A stretch of DNA of 64,000 nucleotides from Mustelus asterias (taxonomy: Eukaryota). Below the pieces are notes generated by a model. The model did no database searches. It saw only the letters and a list, made by a program, of their open reading frames with translations, and was not told where the DNA came from. Location of the stretch: positions 58,280,001-58,344,000 of the forward strand of contig NC_135812.1 of the NCBI RefSeq assembly GCF_964213995.1. The letters are read 5' to 3'. Shown piece after piece: positions 1-12,800 of the stretch (position 1 is its first letter; the number at the start of each line of letters is the position of its first letter). The position numbers and the translations under genes were made by a program.

Positions 1-470
1 AGTTTTCAGGGCCATGCCCTGCCATCACGGAATCGCTGGGCGCCTTGGCCTCCTCCATCCGCGGCCCGGGAAAAGCCGCCCCACCGCCGGCCGCCCGGCA
101 CAGCCGCAATCCAGCCGCCGGCGCCCCGCTGCGTCTGCGCGAAGCCGCTCGGCCCCACCTCCTGCCGGCGGCCGGCTCATTGCGCAGGCGCTGTTTGCCA
201 TCCCGGGCGCCCTGCTTCATCCTTTGCTTACTCTCTGGCACTACGCATGCGCCGCACCCACTCCCCGCCCCGGGAGCTGCGGCTTGCTCCGAATGCGCAG
301 GCGCCATCTCCGCGCTGCCGTCTGGGAGTTGTAGTTGTTTATCTGCGTTGCGTAATTGCCCAATCTGAGATCACGTGCTGCACCGCGGTCCAATGAGGAC
401 GGGCTGATTGTGGCGTCACGTGATGTGATTTGCCCGACAGTAACCCGTCCATTTGTACCCGGATGTTGAG
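1..470. promoter_or_regulatory. CpG-island promoter of an unidentified gene
   Basis: GC/CpG-rich. Contains an NRF1-like CGCATGCGC (~245), a ZNF143/Staf-type motif GTCTGGGAGTTGTAGTT (~320-336), CCAAT boxes (~359, ~390) and E-boxes TCACGTG (~370, ~417). A minus-strand ATG at 58 (MEEAKAPSDSVMAG...) runs off the window edge. Confidence 0.7.
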
Positions 471-979
471 CCAAGCTGCTACATTTCTATAGCACCCATA
501 GAGCTTTATACACAATTAAGGGCCAGCACCCGTGTACTTTACTGCACTAAACCAAAAGCTATATAATTTAATCCTATTTCCATTCTACTTCACAACTTAT
601 GAACTTACATATATGATTAAATACATATGGCACAGAACATAGGAACAGGAGTAGGCCATTCAGTCCCTCTAGCCTGTTCCAAAGAGGCTATGTATCTCAA
701 CCAGTCCAATGCCAGTGTTTACGCACCTCCAAATGAGCCTCCTCCCATCTTAGCCAGAAGGAAAAAAATAGTAAAGCGGGAATATAAGAGTAATGGTCTG
801 AACTGGTGCTTGTAACTGACTATTCCCTTCTTCCAAGAACTTTTTGCCCCTTCGCCCTTGTCTGGCTTCCCCTTGCTATGCGCTTACACAACTCCTGGAG
901 GTTACATCAGATTAGCCATGATATCATAGAGAAAACTTGATGAACCAAATGGCCTACCTCTGCTCCTACATCTTATGGT

Positions 980-1232
980 AGCAAATTCGATTCCTGGCTT
1001 GCTGTCTGTGTAGAGTCTGCACGTTCTTCCCATGTCTGCGTGGGTTTCCTCCGGGTGCTCCGGTTTCCTCCCACAATCTGAAAGACGTGCTAGTTAGGTG
1101 CATTGGCTATGCTAAATTCTCTCTGTGTACCCGAACAGGTGCCGGAGCGTGGCGACTAGGGAATTTTCACAGTAACTTCATTGCAGTGTTAATGTAAGCC
1201 TACTTGTGACACTAATAAATAAACTTTAAAAA
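980..1232 (+). mobile_element. V-domain tRNA-derived SINE, alternative-tail subfamily, 5'-truncated
   Basis: V-domain GTGGGTTTCCTCCGGGTGCTCCGGTTTCCTCCCACA followed by the tail CAGTAACTTCATTGCAGTGTTAATGTAAGCCTACTTGTGACACTAATAAA. Confidence 0.8.
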
Positions 1233-1782
1233 AAACTGAGAAAGAACCTATTTTTTAATATAGAGGTAATATTTTCCCATTTTGACACATTTTACAGTTA
1301 AATATATGTTAACAATACTACATGGTTTAACCAATCCCAAAACAACAATAGCTAATTATTAAAAGTTTTTTAAAGTTTATTTATTAGTGTCACAAATAGA
1401 CTTACATTAACACTGCAATGAAGTTACTGTGAAAGTCCCCTAGTCGCCACACTCCGGTGCCAATATTCACAATGTTAAAATTTGAAATTTGAGAATGTTG
1501 TGAAGAAACGGTAAAGAATTTCTTCATTTTAAGTAGGAAGTCTGATGAAATATGTACTTCGCATTGTGTATGAATTTGTCAAATTCTGGTCTGACTCGAG
1601 TGATTGCATCCCCATTCTTAAGCTTTATGTTCAAGAAGACATGTTCTGAGCTGCACTCTGTAATGTGAACCTCAGACTTAATTTTTGCACTCTCTTTCCC
1701 CATCCATGCAGCTCTCCCTCTCCCCCTGGCTGCGCAGCGCTCCCTCTCCCCTGGCCACCCAGCACACCCTCTCCCGCTGGAC

Positions 1783-2217
1783 CAGTGCTGGATTTAGGCA
1801 TAAGCTAGACAAACTACAGCTTAGGGCCTCACAATCCGCAGGGGCCTCACAAAATTTCAGAAGGTTTACAATGAAGACAACATTTAAGAGTGGATACCAG
1901 AAAAGAAAAAGAAAGCACCAGCTTGAAGAGCAACTCAAAAAATTACCAAAATTACCAAAATCTATGAGAGATCAAACCAGCCAAATGATAAATATGTAAT
2001 CAGTAAATGCACTCATTTGAAAATAATTTGTATTTTTCACTTTAAATACCTTGCTATTAAATAATTAAAAGGCATAATTATGTTTTCAATTTTTTTGTGG
2101 CGACCCAAGCTCCTGTTTCGTTACGCACCTTTGTGAGACCTTCTGGTGTAACTTTTTAACAAGGGGCCTCCAAGCTTTAGATAGCTTACGGCCTCACCAA
2201 GTCTAAATCCGGCACTG
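1783..2217 (+). mobile_element. hAT-superfamily non-autonomous DNA transposon (internal deletion derivative)
   Basis: 15-bp TIRs CAGTGCTGGATTTAG / CTAAATCCGGCACTG (1 mismatch). 8-bp TSD CGCTGGAC (1775-1782) / CCCTGGAC (2218-2225). The internal peptide MKTTFKSGYQKRKRKHQLEEQLKKLPKL resembles a hAT transposase N-terminus. Confidence 0.8.
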
Positions 2218-2227
2218 CCCTGGACGT

Positions 2228-5200
2228 GCAGCGCTCCCTCTCCCCCCGGCCGCGCAGCGCTCCCTCTCCCCCTGGCCGCGCAGCGCGCTCCCTCTCCCCA
2301 CGGCCGCGCAGCGCGCTCCCTCTCCCCCCAGGCCGCGCAGCGCGCTCCCTCTCCCCCCGGCCGCGCAGCGCTCCCTCTCCCCCCGGCTGCGCAGCGCGCT
2401 CCCTCTCCCCCCGGCCGCGCAGCGCGCTCCCTCTCCCCCGGCCGCGCAGCGCGCTCCCTCTCCCCCCGGCCGCGCAGCGCGCTCCCTCTCCCCCCGGCCG
2501 CGCAGCGCGCTCCCTCTCCCCCCGGCCGCGCAGCGCGCTCTCTCCCCCCGGCCGCGCAGCGCGCTCCCTCTGCCCCCGGCCGCGCAGCGCTCCCTCTCCC
2601 CCCGGCAGCGCAGCGCGCTCCCTCTCCCCCCCGGCCGCGCAGCGCGCTCTCTCCCCCGGCCGCGCAGCGCTCCCTCTCCCCCGGGCCGCGCAGCGCGATC
2701 TCTCCCCCGGCCGCGCAGCGCTCCCTCTCCCCGGGCCGCGCAGCGCGCTCTCTCCCCCGGCCGCACAGCGCTCCCTCTCCCCCGGCCGCGCAGCGTGCTC
2801 TCTCCCCCCGGCCGCGCAGCGTGCTCTCTCCCCCGGCCGCACAGCGCTCCCTCTCCCCCGGCCGCGCAGCGTGCTCTCTCCCCCGGCCGCGCAGCGCGCT
2901 CTCTCCCCCGGCCGCGCAGCGCGCTCCCTCTCCCCCGGCCGCGCAGCGTGCTCTCTCCCCCCGGCCGCGCAGCGCGCTCTCTCCCCCGGCCGCGCAGCGC
3001 GCTCTCTCCCCCGGCCGCGCAGCGTGCTCTCTCCCCCGGCCGCGCAGCGTGCTCTCTCCCCCGGCCGCGCAGCGTGCTCTCTCCCCCGGCCGCGCAGCGT
3101 GCTCTCTCCCCCGGCCGCACAGCGCTCCCTCTCCCCCGGCCGCGCAGCGCGCTCTCTCCCCCGGCCGCGCAGCGCGCTCTCTCCCCCGGCCGCGCAGCGC
3201 GCTCTCTCCCCCCCGGCCGCGCAGCGCTCCTTCTCCACCAGGCCGCGCAGCGCGCTCTCTCCCCCGGCCGCGCAGCGCGCTCTCTCCCCCGGCCGCGCAG
3301 CGCGCTCTCTCCCCCCCGGCCGCGCAGCGCGCTCTCTCCCCCCCGGCCGCGCAGCGCTCCCTCTCCCCCGGGCCGCGCAGCGCGCTCTCTCCCCCGGCCG
3401 CGCAGCGCGCTCTCTCCCCCGGCCGCGCAGCGCGCTCTCTCCCCCGGCCGCGCAGCGCTCCCTCTCCCCCGGCCGCGCAGCGCGCTCTCTCCCCCGGCCG
3501 CGCAGCGCGCTCTCTCCCCCGGCCGCGCAGCGCTCCCTCTCCCCCGGCCGCGCAGCGCGCTCTCTCCCCCGGCCGCGCAGCGCGCTCTCTCCCCCGGCCG
3601 CGCAGCGCGCTCTCTCCCCCGGCCGCGCAGCGCTCCCTCTCCCCCGGCCGCGCAGCGCGCTCTCTCCCCCAGCCGCGCAGCGCGCTCTCTCCCCCGGCCG
3701 CGCAGCGCGCTCTCTCCCCCAGCCGCGCAGCGCGCTCTCTCCCCCGGCCGCGCAGCGCGCTCTCTCCCCCAGCCGCGCAGCGCGCTCTCTCCCCCAGCCG
3801 CGCAGCGCGCTCTCTCCCCCGGCCGCGCAGCGCGCTCTCTCCCCCGGCCGCGCAGCGCGCTCTCTCCCCCAGCCGCGCAGCGCTCCCTCTCCCCCGGCCG
3901 CGCAGCTCGCTCTCTCCCCCGGGCCGCGCAGCGCTCCCTCTCCCCCAGCCGCGCAGCGCTCTCCCCCGGCCGCGCAGCGCGCTCTCTCCCCGGGCCGCGC
4001 AGCGCTCCCTCTCCCCCAGCCGCGCAGCGCTCTCCCCCGGCCGCGCAGCGCGCTCTCTCCCCCGGGCCGCGCAGCGCTCCCTCTCCCCCAGCCGCGCAGC
4101 GCTCTCCCCCGGGCCGCGCAGCGCGCTCTCTCCCCCGGCCGCGCAACGCGATCTCTCCCCCGGGCCGCGCAGCGCTCCCTCTCCCCCAGCCGCGCAGCGC
4201 TCTCCCCCGGCCGCGCAGCGCGCTCTCTCCCCCGGGCCGCGCAGCGCTCCCTCTCCCCCAGCCGCGCAGCGCTCTCCCCCGGGCCGCGCAGCGCGCTCTC
4301 TCCCCCGGCCGCGCAACGCGATCTCTCCCCCGGCCGCGCAGCGCGCACTCTCCCCCGGGCCGCGCAGCGCACTCTCTCCCCCGGCCGCGCAACGCGATCT
4401 CTCCCCCGGGCCGCGCAGCGCGCTCTCTCCCCCGGCCGCGCAGTGCGCTCTCTCCCCCGGCCGCGCAGTGCGCTCTCTCCCCCGGCCGCGAAACGCGCTC
4501 TCTCCCCCGGCCGCGCAGCGCGATCTCTCCCCCGGCTGCGCAGCGCGCTCTCTCCCCCGGCCGCGCAGCGCGCACAATCCCCCGGCCGCGCAGCGCGCTC
4601 TCTTCCCCGGCCGCGCAGCGCTCCCTCTCCCCCGGGCCGCGCAGCGCGCTCCCTCTCCCCCGGGCCGCGCAGCGCGCACAATCCCCCGGCCGCGCAGTGC
4701 GCTCTCTCCCCCGGCCGCGCAACGCGCTCTCTCCCCCGGCCGCGCAGCGTGCTCTCTCCCCCGGCCGCGCAGCGCGCTCTCTCCCCCGGCCGCGCAGCGC
4801 GCTCTCTCCCCCGGCCGCGCAGCGCGCTCTCTCCCCCGGCCGTGCAGCGCTCCCTCTCCCCCGGGCCGCGCAGCGCGATCTCTCCCCCGGCCGCGCAGCG
4901 CGCTCTCTCCCCCGGCCGCGCAGCGCGATCTCTCCCCCGGCCGCGCAGCGCGCTCTCTCCCCCCGGCCGCGCAGCGCGCTCTCTCCCCCGGCCGCGCAGC
5001 GCGCTCTCTCCCCCGGCCGCGCAGCGCGCTTTCTCCCCCGGCCGCGCAGCGCGCTCTCTCCCCCGGCCGCGCAGCGCGCTCTCTCCCCCGGACGCGCAGC
5101 GCGCTCTCTCCCCCGGCCGCGCAGCGTGCTCTCTCCCCCGGCCGCGCAGTGCGCTCTCTCCCCCGGCCGCGCAGCGCTCCCTCTCCCCCGGCCGCGCAGC

Positions 5201-7313
5201 GCGCTCTCTCCCCCGGCCGCGCAGCGCGCTCTCTCCCCCGGCCGCGCAGCGCGCTCTCTCCCCCGGCCGCGCAGCGCGCTCTCTCCCCCGGCCGCGCAGC
5301 GCGCTCTCTCCCCCGGCCGCGCAGCGCGCTCTCTCCCCCGGCCGCGCAGCGCGCTCTCTCCCCCCCGGCCGCGCAGCGTGCTCTCTCCCCCGGCCGCGCA
5401 GCGCGCTCTCTCCCCCCCGGCCGCGCAGCGCGCTCTTTCCCCCGGCCGCGCAGCGCGCCCTCTCCCCCGGCCGCGCAGTGCTCCCTCTCCCCTGGGCCGC
5501 GCAGCACGCTCTCTCCCCCGGCCGCGCAGCGTGCTCTCTCCCCCGGGCCGCGCAGCGCGCCCTCTCCCCCGGGCCGCGCAGCGCGCCCTCTCCCCCGGGC
5601 CGCGCAGCGCGCCCTCTCCCCCGGGCCGCGCAGCGCGCCCTCTCCCCCGGCCGCGCAGCGCTCCCTCTCCCCCCGGCCGCGCAGCGCGCTCTCCCCCCCG
5701 GCCGCGCAGCGCGCTCTCTCCCCCGGCCGCGCAGCGCGCTCTCTCCCCCGGCCGCGCAGCGCGCTCTCTCCCCCGGCCGCGCAGCGTGCTCTCTCCCCCG
5801 GCCGCGCAGCGCTCCCTCTCCCCCAGCCGCGCAGCGCGATCTCTCCCCCGGGCCGCGCAGCGCGCTCCCTCTCCCCCGGCCGCGCAGCGCGCTCTCTCCC
5901 CCGGGCCGCGCAGCGCGCACAATCCCCCGGCCGCGCAGTGCGCTCTCTCCCCCCGGCCGCGCAGCGCGCTCTCTCCCCCGGCCGCGCAGCGCGCTCTCTC
6001 CCCCGGCCGCGCAGCGTGCTCTCTCCCCCAGCCGCGCAGCGCGCTCTCTCCCCCGGCCGCGCAGCGCTCCCTCTCCCCCGGCCGCGCAGCGCGATCTCTC
6101 CCCCGGGCCGCGCAGCGCGCACAATCCCCCGGCCGCGCAGTGCGCTCTCTCCCCCGGCCGCGCAGCGCTCCCTCTCCACCTGGCCGCGCAGCGCGCTCTC
6201 TCCCCCGGCCGCGCAGCGCGATCTCTCCCCCGGCCGCGCAGCGCGCTCTCTCCCCCGGCCGTGCAGCGCTCCCTCTCCCCCGGGCCGCGCAGCGCGATCT
6301 CTCCCCCGGCCGCGCAGCGCGCTCTCTCCCCCCGGCCGCGCAGCGCGATCTCTCCCCCGGCCGCGCAGCGCGCTCTCTCCCCCCGGCCGCGCAGCGCGCT
6401 CTCTCCCCCGGCCGCGCAGCGCGCTCTCTCCCCCGGCCGCGCAGCGCGCTTTCTCCCCCGGCCGCGCAGCGCGCTCTCTCCCCCGGCCGCGCAGCGCGCT
6501 CTCTCCCCCGGCCGCGCAGCGCGCTCTCTCCCCCGGCCGCGCAGCGCGCTCTCTCCCCCGGCCGCGCAGCGCGCTCTCTCCCCCGGCCGCGCAGCGCGCT
6601 CTCTCCCCCCCGGCCGCGCAGCGTGCTCTCTCCCCCGGCCGCGCAGCGTGCTCTCTCCCCCGGCCGCGCAGTGCGCCCTCTCCCCCTGGCCACGCAGCGC
6701 TCCCTCTCCCCCGGGCCGCGCAGCGCGCCCTCTCCCCCGGCCGCGCAGCGCTCCCTCTCCCCTGGGCCGCGCAGCACGCTCTCTCCCCCGGCCGCGCAGC
6801 GCGCTCTCTCCCCCGGCCGCGCAGCGTGCTCTCTCCCCCGGCCGCGCAGTGCGCCCTCTCCCCCTGGCCACGCAGCGCTCCCTCTCCCCCGGCCGCGCAG
6901 CGCTCCCTCTCCCCCGGGCCGCGCAGCGCGCCCTCTCCCCCGGGCCGCGCAGCGCGCCCTCTCCCCCGGCCGCGCAGCGCTCCCTCTCCCCCCGGCCGCG
7001 CAGCGCGCTCTCCCCCCCGGCCGCGCAGCGCGCTCTCCCCCCCGGCCGCGCAGCGCGCTCTCCCCCCCGGCCACGCAGCGCGCTCTCTCCCCCGGCCGCG
7101 CAGCGCGCTCTCTCCCCCGGCCGCGCAGCGCGCTCTCTCCCCCGGCCGCGCAGCGTGCTCTCTCCCCCGGCCTGCAGCGCTCCCTCTCCCCCTGGCCGCG
7201 CAGCGCTCCCTCTCCCCCGGGTCGCGCAGCGCGCTCTCTCCCCCGGCCGCGCAGCGCTCCCTCTCCCCCGGGTCGCGCAGCGCGCTCTCTCCCCCGGCCT
7301 GCAGCGCGCTCTC
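2228..7313. repeat. ~5.1-kb GC-rich minisatellite, 19-24 bp unit (GGCCGCGCAGCGCGCTCTCTCCCCC variants)
   Basis: Direct tandem array with no stop codons in any frame. Degenerate units also occur at ~1706-1780. Confidence 0.97.
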
Positions 7314-8144
7314 TTCCACCAGATGAAGGAAACCCACGAGGACACAGGGAGAAGTGAAAACTCCACACAGCCAGAAACACACCCAGGTCCCTGGAGCTGT
7401 GAGGCTGCAGCGCTGCCAGATTATGTTTCTGATACATCATAAAGCAGAGGTAGATCCCTGCTCTGAGAACTAACACCAAAACACCCAAAGAGGAGTACCT
7501 CACCCTATAATCTGTAAAAGTGTGTGAGAAGCGGTGTGACCTTCGCTCAAGCAACTTCTAGTGGTTAAATAAAAATAAATCCCTGACACTCACTCCAAAA
7601 TCAACACACAATTTATTTATCTAACAGTGAGCAAATGAATTAAAACTACTAACAAACTGAATAAGTCCCTAACTATTAACTATTCCTGAATAAAATAAGA
7701 TTCTAATGGAATACTGTTTAAACAAATACAATTCCCACTCATTAACAAAAATAGAATTTAGTCACTCTCTAAATTACAACCAGGTTTTGTGTCTTCCAGA
7801 ATATTCTGGGCCTTCTCTGTTGATTCTTCTGTCTGGAACTTCTTTCTTCTTTGGTACCTTTGCTATCTAGATGGTGCTTTCTCTAAGACATCGATGAAGC
7901 TATGAGAGCCAGCGATTCTTTCTCGAGAGAGAGTTGAGAGCTGAGAGCTGTTAGCTCTGGCAGGTGGCAGAGTTGCTCTCCCCTCTTTGTCCCACTGCCT
8001 CCTTCTTTTATACCCATGATGACATATCAATATTTCCCACAATAGGATTTGCTCCAGGTTGTCAAAACCATCAGATTTAAATTTAATAGGTTTTTGGTAT
8101 CCAAGTGCCTGATTCAAATTGATCGGCTAAATTCAAAAGCCTGT

Positions 8145-8425
8145 TAAAGTTTATTTATTAGTTACAAGTAAGGCTTACATTAACACTACAATGAAGTTAC
8201 TATGAAATTCCCCTAGTCGCCACAGTCCAGCGCCTGTCCAGGTCAATGCACCTAACCAGCACACCTTTTGGACTGTGGGAAGAAACCAGAGCACCCAGAG
8301 GAAACCCACGCAGACACAGGGAGAACGTGCAAACTCTACAGAGACAGTGACCCAAGCTGAGAATCAAACCCGGGTCCCTGGCGCTGTGAGGCAGCAGTGC
8401 TAACACTGTCCTACCATGCTGCCCA
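8145..8425 (-). mobile_element. V-domain SINE, alternative-tail subfamily
   Basis: Reverse complement of the tRNA-like head, V-domain and the same tail as 980-1232. Confidence 0.8.
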
Positions 8426-9803
8426 TGCTGTCTTGAAAACTGCTGCTTGGCCTTTTGATACTAATGTTTCAGTTTGGGCTCTCTGTGTATTTGCATTTTA
8501 AATCTCTAAGCACAGAAAAAGCACCAGCTTTTAATGGGACCACGCAATACTCCCCCCCACCACCCCCCCCCACCCCACCCCCCAAGCACTTTACAATTTT
8601 ACAAACACCAAATTCTAATCTCCTACCTCCCCAATTACAATGACTCTACCCAACTTCACAACAGATGTCCAACCTGAGGTAAGTCAGAACTTCCTCCCAT
8701 TTAATACTGGATTGACCAAATCCTTTGCTGCTCTCCATCCTCTCTCGCCACTGCTGCAGCTTCAGGCATCGTTCACTTGGCATGGTGTTTGATCTGAGCC
8801 TAGTTTGCCAACTCGTAACTCTCCCTCACAAAGACAAGGCTTCTCTGACTTTTCCCGCCTCCATCCCCTCACCTCAGCTTTCACTGTTAAAACCTTCTGA
8901 ACCCGGGGCTTGTTCCAACTGCTGAGAACTCAGCCTGGAGCAGGGATCAAAGCTCCAGGGCTTTGCTTTGCTGTAAGAGTTAGCGATACGCTTGGTCACT
9001 TGCAATGACTGTAGGAGAAATAGCAGCTCTCAGTCAGAAAGGGGTTACCAGAGAAAAACACTGGTTGCTTTTTCAGGTTAGTGAAGATAGTGACCAGGTT
9101 TCTAGTCACTGATCTCCCCACTGGAAGGAGCCAGTTCCAGGCATAATTCTTTACTGTTTCAACTCAGAAGGGTCACAAGTGTTCGACAAGTCAATGAGTG
9201 AGTGTGTGTACCGTACAGATTTGTACACACCATGTTGTACTGACAAGAAAAAGCACAGAGTTAAAAATAAATGCAGTGTTTTAGTCACCATTATTGTTTA
9301 ATTAATAATGCAAATCATTCTGCCACAATTCAGAATCTTCATTCCATCTGTATTTAACAGCAAAACAGAAACACAGTGAGGGTTTGGGGTGGGAGGGGGG
9401 TGGGCTGCTGTTGGAAGATTGGAGTCTTCATTCGACAACCACCCCCTCGTCCCCCCCACCACCACCAAATCCTATTGGCCGCAGCTATTGACGAAAGTTC
9501 ATCTCCAAGGTCACAGTTCATATTAATGATCACATGGCTGGGTCCTCTTTGCTCATGAAGTTAAAATCCTGCGTCTGCGAGACTATCTTCAGATCAGAGA
9601 GAGATCTTCCCCGGAAAAAGCTGCAAATCATAAAATAAAGGATTGAGCTGCTGGGATTGATCTGTTGAGCAATGATTTTATTTTGAGTTTCTTCCCCATT
9701 TTTGAGGCCCTTTAGGCCAGTCCTTTCAATGGTCACATGGCCAGTGGGACTCCATAAGAAGCTGTACAGGAATGGCCTCGGGGAGAGGGCACAGGTTTGA
9801 CAT

Positions 9804-9978
9804 TGTGGCTGCCGGGACCTGTGTGGCTGCCGGGACCTGTGTGGCTGCCGGGACCTGTGTGGCTGCCGGGACCTGTGTGGCTGCCGGGACCTGTGTGGCT
9901 GCCGGGACCTGTGTGGCTGCCGGGACCTGTGCGGCTGCCGGGACCTGTGCGGCTGCCGGGACCTGTGCGGCTGCCGGG
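9804..9978. repeat. 18-bp tandem repeat (GGCTGCCGGGACCTGTGT) x ~9.5
   Basis: Direct tandem array; the last units carry a T>C variant. Confidence 0.95.
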
Positions 9979-10589
9979 GCCTTGTTGATTCGGGCTGTCA
10001 ATCTCGATGTTGAATTCGGATCTGTAGCTGATCTCGTATTGTGACAATTCTGAAAGCTATAGCTTCCTTGGAGAGATTTCTCTTTGCAAAGGAAAGATTC
10101 AATTGAATTTCATGTTGAAGTGAGGGATTGTTTATACATCTTGCACTGTGTGACATGTGAATTGGCACATTTGCTGGAACTTTACTGCCACACTTGCCCC
10201 GGAATCAGGGCGGGCGAGGCTCGCAGAACAGAATTCTCCGTTGGCCTCGGGCGGGATTTTATGAGCCTCGCCGGACCGAGGTCGTAAAATGGTGCCCAGA
10301 GTGACAATGCCTTCTGAGCAACCCAACATCTAACGGAATGCCTGATAATCTAACCCTAAATTCTGGTCCTAAACCTAAATCCTGGAACCAAATCACTGTG
10401 CCGATAGTTATTGTGTCAAATCACTGAGTTTCTAATCGCTCCCATGTTAAAATGGACACGGCTGCTATTCTGGCAGGAGACACCTTCATTGCCCCCTGCT
10501 GGATGAACTCTGCAAAATAAACCAGCTGTATCTGAGCCAGTGTCTCCCGCTGGAAGCAGCGACAGCAGTATGAAGCAGTATGTATAACA

Positions 10590-11150
10590 AACAGGAATTA
10601 GGAGCAGGAGTGGGCTATTCAAGCTTGCTTCGCAAGATCTAGGTTGATGCGATTGTGACTTCAACTCTACTTTCTTGTCTAGCCCCTACAACCTTTGACT
10701 CCCTTGTAAATTAAGAACATATCTAATTTTAACCCAACCTGAAAAATATTCAGTGACCCTGCCTCCACTGCTCCCCACAGACCCTCAGAGAAAAAACTCC
10801 TCATCTCTCTCTTAAATACAAGACCCTTTATTTTAAAACTGCTCCCCCCAGTTCTAGTCTTACCCACATTCATTCAGCATCCACTTTTGTCAGCATTTTG
10901 TATGTTTCAATGAGATCACCTCTCATTCTTCTAAACTCCAATTATAGAGGCCCAACCTGACCAACCTTTCCTCATAAAACAACCCCTTCATCCCAAGAAT
11001 AGGTCAAGTTAACCTTCTCGGAACTGCTTCTAATGCAATGATTTCCTCTCTTAGGTACGGAGACCAAAACTGTACAAGGTATTCCAGATGTGAATGTCCT
11101 GTACAACTGTGGCAAAACCTCCCTTTTTATACTCCAATACCCTGGCAATA
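10590..11150 (-). mobile_element. CR1-type LINE 3' fragment, degraded
   Basis: CR1 RT C-terminal and 3' motifs on the minus strand (LYRT, FFSE, AVEAGSLNIF). Confidence 0.65.
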
Positions 11151-11157
11151 AATGACA

Positions 11158-11445
11158 ACACGGTGGCACAGTGGTTATCACTGCTGCCTCACAGCACCAA
11201 GAACCCGGCTTGGGTCACTGTCTGTGCAGAGTTTGCACATTCTCCCCGTGTCTGCATGGGTTTCCTCCCACAGTCCGAAAGATGTACTGGTTAGGTTAAT
11301 TGGCCGTGCTAAATTGCCCCATAGTTTCAGGGGGATTAGCACGGTAAATACATGGGGTCAGGAGGATAGGACCTGGGTGGGATTGTTGTTGGTGCAGGCT
11401 TGATGGTCCAAATGGCTCCTTCTGTACTGTAGGGATTCTATGATT
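11158..11445 (+). mobile_element. HE1-like V-SINE
   Basis: Head GGTGGCACAGTGGTTA, V-domain, tail GGATTCTATGA. Confidence 0.8.
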
Positions 11446-11887
11446 CCATTTGCCTTCTTGATTGGTGCATTGTACTCAACAAACCCATGCTCAGAAAACT
11501 CAAAAGCATACGCTAGAATTTTACCGTCCCACCCACCACGGAATCGGAGCTAGTGAGGGGTAGACAACGGAAATGTTCGTTGACCTCGGGTGGAAATTTG
11601 TGGTCTCGCTCGAGCAAGGCCATAAAATCCCGCCCATAATGTTTAATGTTAGATGTGGTTGCACAATTGGGCATCATTTTCCAAGTAATTACGAGAACAA
11701 CTAATTGAAGATTTTCAGCCAGGCTCACAATGTAGCTCACTTACGCTCGCTGGAAGCTACACAGAGGCCTGTCCACTGCAGGGAAAAGGAACATGTCCAG
11801 ACGTTGCATGTTTGTTGAACAAATAAAAGCCTGAGGGGCCATTCTGGTGCATTCTCTATGGCAACGTTTCATCCAACCAGGGAGGCA

Positions 11888-12185
11888 AAGGTGGCATGGT
11901 ATTTTCACTGGACCCAGGGCAAGATCTGGGGATCAAGGTTCAAATCCCACCGAGGCAGATGGTGAAATTTGAATTTAATAAACAATCTGGAAACCACTGT
12001 CGATTGTCATATAAAACCCATTGGTTCACTAATGTCCTTTAGGGAAGGCAATCTGCCGTCGTTACATGTGACCCCAGATCCACAGCAATGTGGTTGACTC
12101 TCATATGCCCTCGGAAATGGTGGGCAATTAGGGATGGGTAATAAATGCTGGCCCAGCCAGTGACGCCCACATCCCATTCAAAACA
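11888..12185 (+). mobile_element. tRNA-derived SINE sharing its 3' tail with the LINE at 16330-19227
   Basis: B-box GGTTCAAATCC. The tail GGGCAATTAGGGATGGGTAATAAATGCTGGCCCAGCCAGTGACGCCCACATCCCA matches 19161-19215. Confidence 0.7.
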
Positions 12186-12481
12186 ATTCCTAAAATTAAA
12201 ACTATTGGAAGCCACAAGCTAAAAATCTAGCATTTCTAACCCAAATATGTGGTACATTTCACTAGTAGAATGCATAATCTATAATAACTATAATATTAAT
12301 CCATAAAATACACATTAAGCTTTCAATAGGAGACAAAGTCAAAGTTTAAGAAAACCTATTGAATTCTTACGATTTTTGATTTTTTTAACTATAATTTTGT
12401 TTGTAAAGTAATCTTTGAAGCAAATTTGAACTGAAAATGTGAAGAACTAAAACTTCTTTTGGTTATTACATAGAAAGTTAC

Positions 12482-12800
12482 ATAGAAACCCTACAGTGCA
12501 GAAGGAGGCCATTCGGCCCATCGAGTCTGCACCGACCACAATCCCACCCAGGCCCTACCCCCACATATTTACCCGCTAATCCCTCTAACCTACATATCTC
12601 AGAATTCTAAGGGGCAATTTTTAACCTGGCCAATCAACCTAACCCGCACATCTTTGGACTGTGGGAGGAAACCGGAGCACCCGGAGGAAACCCACGCAGA
12701 CACGAGGAGAACGTGCAAACTCCACACAGACAGTGACCCGAGCCGGGAATCGAACCTGGGACCCTGGAGCTGTGAAGCAGCAGTGCTAACCACTGTGCTA
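12482..12800 (-). mobile_element. HE1-like V-SINE, young copy
   Basis: Near-identical to the copies at 16517, 39720 and 46281. Confidence 0.9.

Noticed and set aside
14-474. Short ORFs in the left CpG island
   Set aside because: GC-rich open frames with no recognisable protein.
2121-7554. Six overlapping ORFs of 1500-1780 aa
   Set aside because: They are products of a stop-free GC minisatellite, open in all frames and without any domain.
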